Shown here in pieces: positions 53,568 through 64,000 of a DNA stretch of 64,000 nucleotides. This DNA is from Bacillota bacterium. Its GTDB lineage: Bacteria > Bacillota > Ch66 > Ch109. Location of the stretch: contig JBMNLH010000001.1 in assembly GCA_050952625.1 (NCBI GenBank), positions 1,216,001-1,280,000 of the forward strand, in the 5' to 3' direction. Made by a program: the position numbers and the translations under genes. Numbering within the stretch: position 1 is the first letter of the stretch; each line of letters starts with the position of its first letter. The notes under the pieces are model-generated. The model was not told the origin of the DNA, searched no databases, and saw only the letters and a program-made list of their open reading frames with translations.

Positions 53568-53813
53568 ATGGTAACAATCACTTCATTCTGGATTATAGTA
53601 GCTTTTTATGTAATTGCCAAGATCTGTCTCTTTACTGGAATCTACTTAGTAACCAAGGCTATTGAGAAACGGGCACTGCGTGAGAAAAAGCAACGACTAG
53701 CCAATTTTCAACTTTATGAACTCGAAACCCTTATTCGCAGGAAGGAGCTAAGCCGAAAAAATACCCTCAAGGATCAAGAGCTCTTCAGAGTGCGTCATAA
53801 ACGTTATGCTTGA
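53568..53813 (+). CDS. Small single-TM hypothetical protein, paralog 2
   Basis: RBS AGGGGGT; shared FY...K.C.F.G.Y..TK.IE..AL.EK and KD.....VRH. Confidence 0.75.
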   Translation: MVTITSFWIIVAFYVIAKICLFTGIYLVTKAIEKRALREKKQRLANFQLYELETLIRRKELSRKNTLKDQELFRVRHKRYA

Positions 53814-54019
53814 TAGTTCAAAGATAAGTGGGTTTGTATAATTGGTGATTTTTAAATTTAACCAGTCCATGTTCCAACTGGTTGGTATTGAAATAATACT
53901 TTAATATATAATACCTTAATACTTTATATTAGTGGATTATAAAAAGGAGTCAGTCCAAAGACTCCTTTTTATAATTTTGTTTATAATTTGGCAAATAAGA
54001 TCTATAACAGTATCAAGGA

Positions 54020-54724
54020 CTAGGCCCAACCAGGAGGCGTATTTTGAAAAAACTTTTTAGCCGAGACTTTAGGGTTGATTGAGTTTTCTTTGGTGGGGAT
54101 ATCTAGATATGCAGTTCTGGTGATTAGTAGCACTTCCAATAAAGAAGGGACACGTTCAGTTAGAGTATGCTCAGAAATTTGAAGGAATATCGCGGCATCC
54201 TTAATTGCCTGTTTCAAGGTTCGCACTCCATCAAAATACATCCACAGAATATAAGCCACAAAGTCTAATCCGGCCACCGGACTACCATCAATATGAGCAA
54301 TTAAATATTCGCGGGGGTCTTCTAAATTTACTCCTAAACCAACTCCTTGAGCAATTATCTTTAAGGATAATAATTCGCTGGATAATTTGTTTTGTTCAAA
54401 AGGAATGATTAGTTTACCTTCCAGAAGTTCTGTGAGATGCTTAATCCAAATATCCGGAGATTCAATAGACTTATTCTCGAATAGGTGCTTTTTTATTTCT
54501 GCACCACTGGCCGGAACCGTGGCCCTTAACCAGATATCCACGGCTGGCCAAGGTATTCCATGAAATTTATCTCCGCAGCGAATCCAATAAAGTCTTTCAT
54601 TTGGATTAAAAGGATCTGTATCATTTGGTCCGGATATTATCCCCACTGAAAAACCAACGGATATAAAGATTTGTTTGTTTAGCTGATCTATATTTTCCGT
54701 TAATTTGTTATCCATCAAACTCAC
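54020..54724 (-). CDS. Hypothetical protein, possibly tandem PqqD/RRE-like domains
   Basis: RBS GAAGGAGAG; LWMYFDGVRTL segment. Confidence 0.6.
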   Translation of the reverse strand: MSLMDNKLTENIDQLNKQIFISVGFSVGIISGPNDTDPFNPNERLYWIRCGDKFHGIPWPAVDIWLRATVPASGAEIKKHLFENKSIESPDIWIKHLTELLEGKLIIPFEQNKLSSELLSLKIIAQGVGLGVNLEDPREYLIAHIDGSPVAGLDFVAYILWMYFDGVRTLKQAIKDAAIFLQISEHTLTERVPSLLEVLLITRTAYLDIPTKENSINPKVSAKKFFQNTPPGWA

Positions 54725-54873
54725 CTCTCCTTCGAAAATACAGGGCGTTAGGGTAAATCAGCCCGATTCTGAATATCGGAAGAACGAAGCAATCAAGAAG
54801 CTCATTTCGCAGATTGAGGTCTAATGTTTAATGTATAATATTTATTACTTACCTAATGTTGAATAGTAAAACC

Positions 54874-55371
54874 AGACTGTTCATTAGGAAAGATGCGAAT
54901 AACCCGCTCACGACGCCGTATTTCCTGGTTGAGCCGTTCCACTCCGTTAGTGGTGCGTAGTCTTTTTCGGTACTTTAGTGGCAGGATTAAAACGGCGGTA
55001 ATGTCATCAAATGCTTCATCCAAAAGACATACAGCTTTCGGTGCTTTGGATTCGTATTTGTTGATAATCTTATCCCGGGTATCTCGGGCACTTTCAATGT
55101 CAACTGCTTCATAGAGTTGTCGTAAATCTTCTTTGATTTCCGGCTGGTGTGACTTGGGTGTCTGGTCCAACATATTTCTGGAAAAATGGGTTTGACACCG
55201 CTGCCAGGTGGCTCCCTGAAAATGTTTCTGTATAGCATTTACCAGTCCTTTATGATTATCAGAAGTGATCAGGTGGACACTTTTTAGTCCTCGTTCTTCA
55301 AGAGAACCAAAGAGTTCACCCCAACTGCTTTCAGATTCAGTGTTAGCTACATGAAAACCGATGATTTCACG
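54874..55371 (-). mobile_element. Internal fragment of an IS256-family transposase
   Basis: Open frame REIIGFHV...SDNHKGL...WQRCQTHF...RTTNGVERLNQEIRRRERVIRIFPNEQS; both ends truncated, no start codon. Confidence 0.9.
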
Positions 55372-55615
55372 ACATTAAAACTGATAATCAAGTGCTATAT
55401 TATATGTTTAAATTGTTTGAAAAAGGCAACGATATGACTCAGAAGACAGAGGAAGATAGACAATAATTGATTGGTTTTCGACATTCATTTTTCAAAACAG
55501 TTGATTTAGCAGGTATTTTTACAATAATGTAGAAACCTTTTACAATGTAAAGCCTTTTACAACGGAAACGGTTTACTATCCTCCATGATGTCCTGATTAG
55601 AAAGGAGATATTAAA

Positions 55616-56164
55616 GTGAAAATTTATCACGGTTCTCGTAAAAATGGCAAGCCATACGTAACAGTGCAGGATGACTCCAATGCGGCACTCAGGCCCCTCC
55701 GACATTTTGTCAAGCATACCCCGTCAGGGTTTGATTGGGGTCACGGAGGGTCCGGCCCGGCAGACTTAGCGTGGGCACTACTTATTGACTTCTATGGCCC
55801 TAAGGCGATTCACTTTGCGGAGTTTATTTATCAAAAGTTCAAGCGAGATGTAATTGCTAACCTTGATCCACAAGAATGGACATTAACTGGCGAAGCAATA
55901 GCCGAATCAGTTAACCAATACAAAATAATTTTTGATGAAGAGTTTAACAAAACGATCAGTATATCGAGCAACTATACTGATAACCTTACAATAACTGCTA
56001 CCGGCAATATCGAAGCATTGATTAAGCTTAGCGATGAAATAAAAGCTTTAGCCTCTGAAGCTAGTATGGATCTAACTAGCACTAATTTGGGGGATATCTA
56101 TTACCAGGTTCTGCAGTATTGCGAGATGATGAAACAAGATCTTCTCAACAAAATAGGGGCTTAA
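55616..56164 (+). CDS. DUF6166-like hypothetical protein
   Basis: HTPSGFDWGHGGSGPADLAWALL motif; RBS AAAGGAG. Confidence 0.65.
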   Translation: MKIYHGSRKNGKPYVTVQDDSNAALRPLRHFVKHTPSGFDWGHGGSGPADLAWALLIDFYGPKAIHFAEFIYQKFKRDVIANLDPQEWTLTGEAIAESVNQYKIIFDEEFNKTISISSNYTDNLTITATGNIEALIKLSDEIKALASEASMDLTSTNLGDIYYQVLQYCEMMKQDLLNKIGA

Positions 56165-56183
56165 TGTTTTAGCTGTTTATCTA

Positions 56184-56225
56184 TTAACCCGCGATAATTT
56201 ACTCGTGATAATTAACCCATGATAA
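56184..56225. repeat. Three tandem imperfect 14-bp repeats
   Basis: TTAACCCGCGATAA / TTTACTCGTGATAA / TTAACCCATGATAA. Confidence 0.75.
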
Positions 56226-56378
56226 TAACTGTAAAGACTAAAATTAGGCGAGGTCGTTCAATGATATTGGCGACCTCGTTTGATGTAAGCAAACAAAGTC
56301 ACCCTATTTTCTGTATTGATAACTTCACTTTTTTAGTCTAATATTTAAATTCAATTGCTGTTTTAGCGAAAAAAGGTA

Positions 56379-56407
56379 TTGACAGTCAATTCAGTCCCTG
56401 GTATACT
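56379..56407 (+). promoter_or_regulatory. rrn promoter P1
   Basis: TTGACA-17bp-TATACT, extended TG, upstream A-tract. Confidence 0.85.
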
Positions 56408-56494
56408 TTTGATTCGTTGACGGGCATAAAACTACAGGTAAGACTAACCAGTATTACCTAGAGTTAAGCTGAACTAGCTGGCAACAAAAGGTTG

Positions 56495-56523
56495 TTGACA
56501 GACACAGCGGCCCTTGCTACAAT
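56495..56523 (+). promoter_or_regulatory. rrn promoter P2
   Basis: TTGACA-17bp-TACAAT, extended TG. Confidence 0.85.
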
Positions 56524-56718
56524 AAAGTTCCGCTGAAGGCAAAAGCCCAAAGCGACCGACGCGAGTCGGACCCTGATCCCTGAAAACTGAACAGTTGTCA
56601 AAATGTGCGAAGCCTGATGCAAAAGTCAAGGACCTCGATCAACGAGAGTTTCAAGACAAAGCAAGGTAGCGACAAGCTAGCGAAATAGTAAATAAGAGCA
56701 GATAAGCTCTTCGATATT

Positions 56719-58399
<1,681 letters not shown>

Positions 58400-59986
58400 A
58401 GTAACATCCGAAAGGATGCGAAACCAGGTCGGTCGTCAGACTTCGCATAACAACTGTTTAGTTTTGAGGGACCAGGCAACTGGCAACTCAAAGAAAAATA
58501 AAAAACCAAAAGCTTCTAACCAAAGAAGCCGCGGTAAAAAAGACTTCCCATAAATTTAGCCAAACTCAAAAGAGCCAGGCCAAACCAGAGGGAAGCCAAA
58601 CTCGACTAACTAAGAAAAAACCGAAAGCTAGTCGAAACCGAACCCTGAAAACTGCACAGCGAATTATAAAAAAGTTCTGTCAAGCGCAAGCCAAAGGATT
58701 AAACCAAAAAACCTTAAAGTAGACCTTAAAGTAGAAAGACAAAGGTCAAGCTACTAAGGGCGTACGGAGGATGCCTAGGCGCTAAGAGACGAAGAAGGAC
58801 GCGGTAAGCTGCGAAAAGCCTCGGGGAGCCGCAAGCAGGCCTAGATCCGGGGATCTCCGAATGGGGCAACCCAACTGGAGTAATGTCCAGTTACGGCTAA
58901 CTGAATCCATAGGTTAGTCGAGACAACCAGGGGAACTGAAACATCTTAGTACCCTGAGGAAAAGAAAACAACAGTGATTCCCCAAGTAGCGGCGAGCGAA
59001 CCGGGAAGAGCCCAAACCTCAAGAGTGTCAAAGCCTGCCGGCGTTGCTTTTGAGGGGTAGCGGGACCATCCTGGGCAGCGGCAGCAGCCCAAAGGAGTAA
59101 GAAACCATACTTCTAGGTGAAGCGGTCTGGAAAGACCCGCCACAGAGAGCAACAGCCTCGTAACCGAAAGAAGCATGGCTCCTGGATGGGATCCCAAGTA
59201 CTGCGGGACACGTGGAACCCCGTGGGAATCAGGGAGGACCACCTCCTAAGGCTAAATACTCCTTAGCGACCGATAGTGAACCAGTACCGTGAGGGAAAGG
59301 TGAAAAGCACCCCGGGAGGGGAGTGAAAAAGAACCTGAAACCGTATGCCTACAACCAGTCGGAGCTATTTCTTCGGAAAGAGTGACGGCGTACTTTTTGT
59401 AGAACGGACCGGCGAGTTACAGTAACTAGCAAGGTTAAGGAAACGGAGCCGAAGCGAAAGCAAGTCTTAAAAGGGCGAAAGTTAGTTGCTGTAGACCCGA
59501 AACCGGGTGATCTACCCATGGCCAGAGTGAAGCGATGGTAAGACATCGTGGAGGCTCGAACCAACCGTTGTTGAAACAGCGGTGGATGAGCTGTGGGTAG
59601 GGGTGAAATGCCAATCGAACCCGGAGATAGCTGGTTCTCCCCGAAATAGCTTTAGGGCTAGCCTCAAGGGATAATTGATGGGGGTAGAGCACTGAATAGG
59701 CTAGGGGCCTTACCCGGTTACCGAACCTTCTCAAACTCCGAATACCATCAATCGGACCTTGGGAGTCAGACTGCGAATGATAAGATCCGTAGTCGAGAGG
59801 GAAACAGCCCAGACCGTCGATTAAGGTCCCCAAGTGTGGACTAAGTGGAAAAGGATGTGGGGTTGCCCAGACAACCAGGATGTTGGCTTAGAAGCAGCCA
59901 CCATTCAAAGAGTGCGTAATAGCTCACTGGTCAAGTGACCCTGCGCCGAAAATTCCCGGGGCTCAAGTCCACCACCGAAATCACGG

Positions 59987-60460
59987 ATCGTCTAGATGTT
60001 AGATGTTGGATGTTGGATATTAGATAGGGATAACGGAAGACATGAAGCAAGGTTATGAAAGACTTAGGATATACCAAATCTCATACGAAATGGCAGTCTT
60101 GATTCATAGAGAGACGCAAGAATTACCGAAAGAAGAAAGATATGAATTAGGCAGTCAAATGAGAAGAGCGGCTATATCCATACCGTTAAACATAGCGGAA
60201 GGCTATGCAAGAAAGCAGTCTCAAGCAGATTTTGCACACTTTATAGCCATAGCTTTAGGATCTTGCAATGAAACAACCGTATTATTAAACCTGGCTAGAG
60301 ACTTAGGGTATCTGGTGGAAGAGAAGGCAGCAGATTATCTAACCCGGTATCAAGAACTGGGTAAACAGATTAATGTATTTCACCAGAAACTAAAATCATC
60401 AAAGAGCCAAAATCGAAACCCATCTAACGTCTAAAATCTAAGATCTAACATCTAGACGAT
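59987..60460 (+). other. 474-nt protein-coding intervening sequence in 23S helix 45
   Basis: Between ACCGAAATCACGG and GGTAGGGGAGCGTTC; perfect 18-bp terminal IR ATCGTCTAGATGTTAGAT. Confidence 0.92.
60042..60434 (+). CDS. Four-helix-bundle protein (23S rRNA IVP / TIGR02436 family)
   Basis: L.IYQ.S, P.EE.Y.L.SQMRRAA.SIP.NIAEG and F..IA.GS..E signature. Confidence 0.92.
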   Translation: MKQGYERLRIYQISYEMAVLIHRETQELPKEERYELGSQMRRAAISIPLNIAEGYARKQSQADFAHFIAIALGSCNETTVLLNLARDLGYLVEEKAADYLTRYQELGKQINVFHQKLKSSKSQNRNPSNV

Positions 60461-60921
60461 GGTAGGGGAGCGTTCCCACAGCAACGAAGTCATCCTGGAA
60501 GGGATGGTGGAGCAGTGGGAAGAGATAATGCCGGTATGAGTAAGCGAAAAGGCAGGTGAGAATCCTGCCCGCCGAAAGCCTAAGGTTTCCTGGGGAAGGC
60601 TCGTCCGCCCAGGGTAAGTCGGGACCTAAGCTGAGGCCGAAAGGCGTAGGCGATGGACAACCGGTGGAAATTCCGGTACCACCCCAAGCCGCTCGAGCGA
60701 AGGGGGGACGCAGGAGGGTAAGCGAAGCGTACCGTTGGTTGAGTACGCGCAAGCTGGTAGGGGGTAAGACAGGCAAATCCGTCTTACACAAACCCTGAGA
60801 AGTGACGCCGAGGGAAATAAAGTACCGAAGTCGCTGAACCCAAACTGCCAAGAAAAGCCTCTAGCAAGGCAAAAGGGTGCCCGTACCGCAAACCGACACA
60901 GGTAGGCGAGGAGAGAATCCT

Positions 60922-60953
<32 letters not shown>

Positions 60954-61179
60954 CGGCAAAATGACCCCGTAACTTCGGGAGAAGGGGTACCCCGCGTAGC
61001 GTGACTATGTGAACATATAGAAGCGTGAGGGGGTCGCAGTGAAGAGGCCCAGGCGACTGTTTACCAAAAACACAGGTCCCTGCCAAAGCGAAAGCTGAAG
61101 TATAGGGGCTGACGCCTGCCCGGTGCTGGAAGGTTAAGGGGAGAGGTTAGCGCAAGCGAAGCTTTGAACCGAAGCCCCA

Positions 61180-61264
<85 letters not shown>

Positions 61265-61514
61265 TCTGGGCACTGTCTCAACGAGGGGCTCGGTGAAATT
61301 GTACTACCGGTAAAGATGCCGGTTACCTGCGACAGGACAGAAAGACCCCGTGGAGCTTTACTGTAGCCTGATATTGGATTTTGGTAGGCAATGTACAGGA
61401 TAGGTGGGAGGCAGAGAAGCAAGTCCGCCAGGATTTGTGGAGCCAACGGTGGGATACCACTCTTTGTGTACTGAAGTTCTAACTCGGCCCTGTGATCCAG
61501 GGTGAGGACATTGT

Positions 61515-61547
<33 letters not shown>

Positions 61548-61548
61548 C

Positions 61549-61582
<34 letters not shown>

Positions 61583-61703
61583 AATGGTTGGAAATCATTC
61601 GCAGAGTGTAAAGGCAGAAGGGAGCTTGACTGTAAGAGAGACATCTCGAGCAGGGACGAAAGTCGGGCTTAGTGATCCGGTGGTCCCGAGTGGAAGGGCC
61701 ATC

Positions 61704-61740
<37 letters not shown>

Positions 61741-61769
61741 TATCTCGCCCAAGAGTCCATATCGACGGC

Positions 61770-61853
<84 letters not shown>

Positions 61854-61858
61854 TACGT

Positions 61859-61901
<43 letters not shown>

Positions 61902-61926
61902 TCGCAGGCGCAGGAAACTTGAGAGG

Positions 61927-61964
<38 letters not shown>

Positions 61965-62016
61965 GCTGGTGTATCAGTTGTTCCGCCAGGGGCAACGCTG
62001 AGTAGCTATGTTCGGA

Positions 62017-62048
<32 letters not shown>

Positions 62049-62333
62049 ACCGGCCTCAAGATGAGGTTTCCCATGGAGTCAATCCAGTAAGACCCCAGCA
62101 AGACTAGCTGGTAGATAGGCCAGGAGTGTAAGAACAGCAATGTTTTCAGCTGACTGGTACTAATCGGTCGAGGGCTTGACCTAGTCTTCTAAACGAAAGG
62201 CGTTTAGAGTTTAAACTGAGGTTTTGATAGAACATAAAAATTCGCTGTGAAGTTTTGAGGGTTCAAAATTAGGGATAAGACAATGACCTAATAGATGACA
62301 TAATACAGAACCCTAAACTAATTGAATAAAGCT

Positions 62334-62451
62334 TTCTGGTGACGATAGCGGAGAAGAAACACCCGTTCCCATCCCGAACACGGCAGTTAAGCTCTCCAGC
62401 GCCGATGGTACTTGGGTGGTGACGCCCTGGGAGAGTAGGTCGTTGCCAGGA
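62334..62451 (+). rRNA. rrf: 5S rRNA
   Basis: CACCCGTTCCCATCCCGAACACGG..GTTAAG and GAGAGTAGG; terminal stem CTGG/CCAG. Confidence 0.97.
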
Positions 62452-62457
62452 TATTTT

Positions 62458-62491
62458 AAAGCCTCAGGTTTTGCCTGAGGCTTTGGTTTAT
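62458..62491 (+). terminator. rrn terminator and intron target hairpin
   Basis: AAAGCCTCAGG-TTTTG-CCTGAGGCTTT then GGTTTAT. Confidence 0.85.
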
Positions 62492-62687
62492 GTGCGCCAC
62501 GCATGGCGATTAACTAGACGGTGAAAGTCCGTTATGGGGGTATGTAGCGACCAACCATTAGCCTAAGGCAAGGGTGTCCATCGAAAGGTGGAATCTAAAG
62601 GAAGCCAGCGGCAAAATTCCGACCCGAGGAACACGAACAATATTAGGCGCAAAACGTGGGGTAAGACTGCACAACAAGTTGAAGCCC

Positions 62688-62813
62688 AAGCTCATCCAAA
62701 TCCTATCGGAAACAATAAAGGACGGACGAGTCATATCCTTAATCCACAAATTCCTCAAAGCAGGGGTCATGATGAATGGACTATTCGAAGAGAGCCCTGA
62801 GGGTGTCCCGCAG
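62688..62813 (+). pseudogene. Class C intron RT fragment (RT3-4 region), ends at GVPQ
   Basis: KLIQILSETIKDGRVISLIHKFLKAGV...EGVPQ. Confidence 0.85.
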
Positions 62814-62814
62814 G

Positions 62815-63090
62815 AAAGTAAATTGTAATGCAAAGCAAACGCATTAAAAGCAAGGTTTTAGAGCATTTGTTCTAGAATTACTTTGCATAATAATCTCGAT
62901 AAATAGTCGACATTACCCCTTAAAAATGCGGAAAAAGCAGTCCATTTAGTGTAGATAAAAGCGATTTCGGTATATTTTCTCGATTTATTTGATTATCACG
63001 CTACTTGATTATGCAAAGTAAATTTGATCTATACCTACTAAAGACAGGCTTTCCCACTGTTTACTTTGCATAATTACTTTCTTTGCATAA
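62815..63090. mobile_element. 276-bp non-coding element with five TTATGCAAAG-type sites (RIT-like ends, no recombinase gene)
   Basis: Sites at 62826(+), 62881(-), 63009(+), 63064(-) and 63081(-); interrupts the RT at PQ|GG. Confidence 0.7.
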
Positions 63091-63777
63091 GGCGGCCCCG
63101 TTAGTGTACTCTTAAGCAACATATATCTTCACTACGTATTGGACCCATGGTTCGAAAAAGTAGTAAAACCAAGGCTTAAAGGAGAGAGTTACTTAATCCG
63201 TTATATTGATGACTTTGTGGTATGTTTCCAGTACCGAGCAGACGCAATCAAGTTTTGTGAGGCATTGGAGAATAGACTAAGTAAGTTTTCACTGAGCATT
63301 GAAACGAATAAAACAAGGTTTGTCGAGTTCGGCAGGTTCTCATCAAAGCACGCCAAGGAAAAAGGAAAGAAGATGGAGACAATTTACTTCCTTGGCTTTA
63401 CGCACTTTTGTACAAGAAATAGAAAAGGTAATTTCATGGTAGGCAGGAAGACAGAGAAGAGCAGACTTAAGAGAAGCATACAAAAAATCACCGACAAAAT
63501 GAGGGAAATCAGGCACTGGGCAATAAAAGACCAGGCAGATAAAATTAACGAAATGCTCAGAGGACATTACAACTACTATGGAATGGGTGGTAACCTTAAA
63601 TCATTGCTCAGGGTATACTACAGAGTCGAAGATTACTGGCGGAAAATGTTAAGTAGCCGAAGCTGGAAGGGTTATATAACTTGGGACAAATACAAGGAAA
63701 TTAAGAAAACGTTCCCGATATTGCGACCCAAGATAAGAATCCCGTTTGGGAGCATGAAATCTTACGCAATGCTGTGA
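63091..63777 (+). pseudogene. 3' half of a group II intron RT/maturase of a non-C class (RT4-7 plus X, no endonuclease)
   Basis: GGPVSVLLSNIYLHYVLD...RYIDDF...KTRFVEFGRF...FLGFT...LRGHYNYY. Confidence 0.9.
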
Positions 63778-64000
63778 ATCAATTTCTGAAGAGCTAGCTG
63801 CGGGAAATCCGCACGGCTGGTTCTGTGGGGGTATGGGCTACGAATTGCGTAGCCCTTCTACCCGGAGTCGGCTGACCAAATAATGATCAGCCTCCTACCC
63901 GATTTCTTAAAAGCGCAGCAGGATTGAAGAAATACCCCTTAGGGCAATTCAAGACAATAATATCCTGGCCATTTCCGTGAGTAGCCGCGAACTAGAACGC

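Larger units (their letters stand above)
62492..63903 (+). mobile_element. Degenerate composite group II intron: class C outer intron with a nested second intron
   Basis: 5' GTGCG directly after a terminator; class C domain I motifs (TTAGCCTAAGGCAAGGGTGTCC, GAGGAACACGAAC); DV at 63791-63823; two DVI-like ends (CTACCCGG 63865, CCTACCCGAT 63903). Confidence 0.85.

Noticed and set aside
59987-60460. Group I intron with homing endonuclease in 23S
   Set aside because: No group I core or LAGLIDADG/GIY-YIG/HNH motif; terminal inverted repeats indicate an IVS.
62574-62828. 84-aa ORF as a real gene
   Set aside because: Chance read-through from intron ribozyme sequence into an RT fragment across a deletion.

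Overview
64-kb chromosomal window from an endospore-forming, anaerobic Firmicute (Peptococcaceae-like, inferred from GerA, SpoVB and SpoVM-like genes, futalosine-pathway mqnE/A/C and the rRNAs). Bases 1-52 kb are mostly housekeeping, cell-wall and sporulation genes with four tRNAs. The 2.8-7.3 kb stretch has several frameshifts that are probably sequencing errors. A sigma-54 activator is followed by two duplicated enhancer-promoter-small-gene units, then a small accessory islet with an IS256 remnant, a complete 16S-23S-5S operon and a composite group II intron. Two signals stand out. (1) The 16S (helix 44 tip) and 23S (helix 45) genes each carry an intervening sequence built from related 5+5 inverted heptamer arrays; the 23S copy encodes a four-helix-bundle protein and the 16S copy is ORF-less. 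(2) A 276-bp non-coding element with five TTATGCAAAG-type sites sits exactly at the PQ|GG motif and joins RT halves of two different, nested group II introns. All calls come from reading the sequence; no database searches were run.
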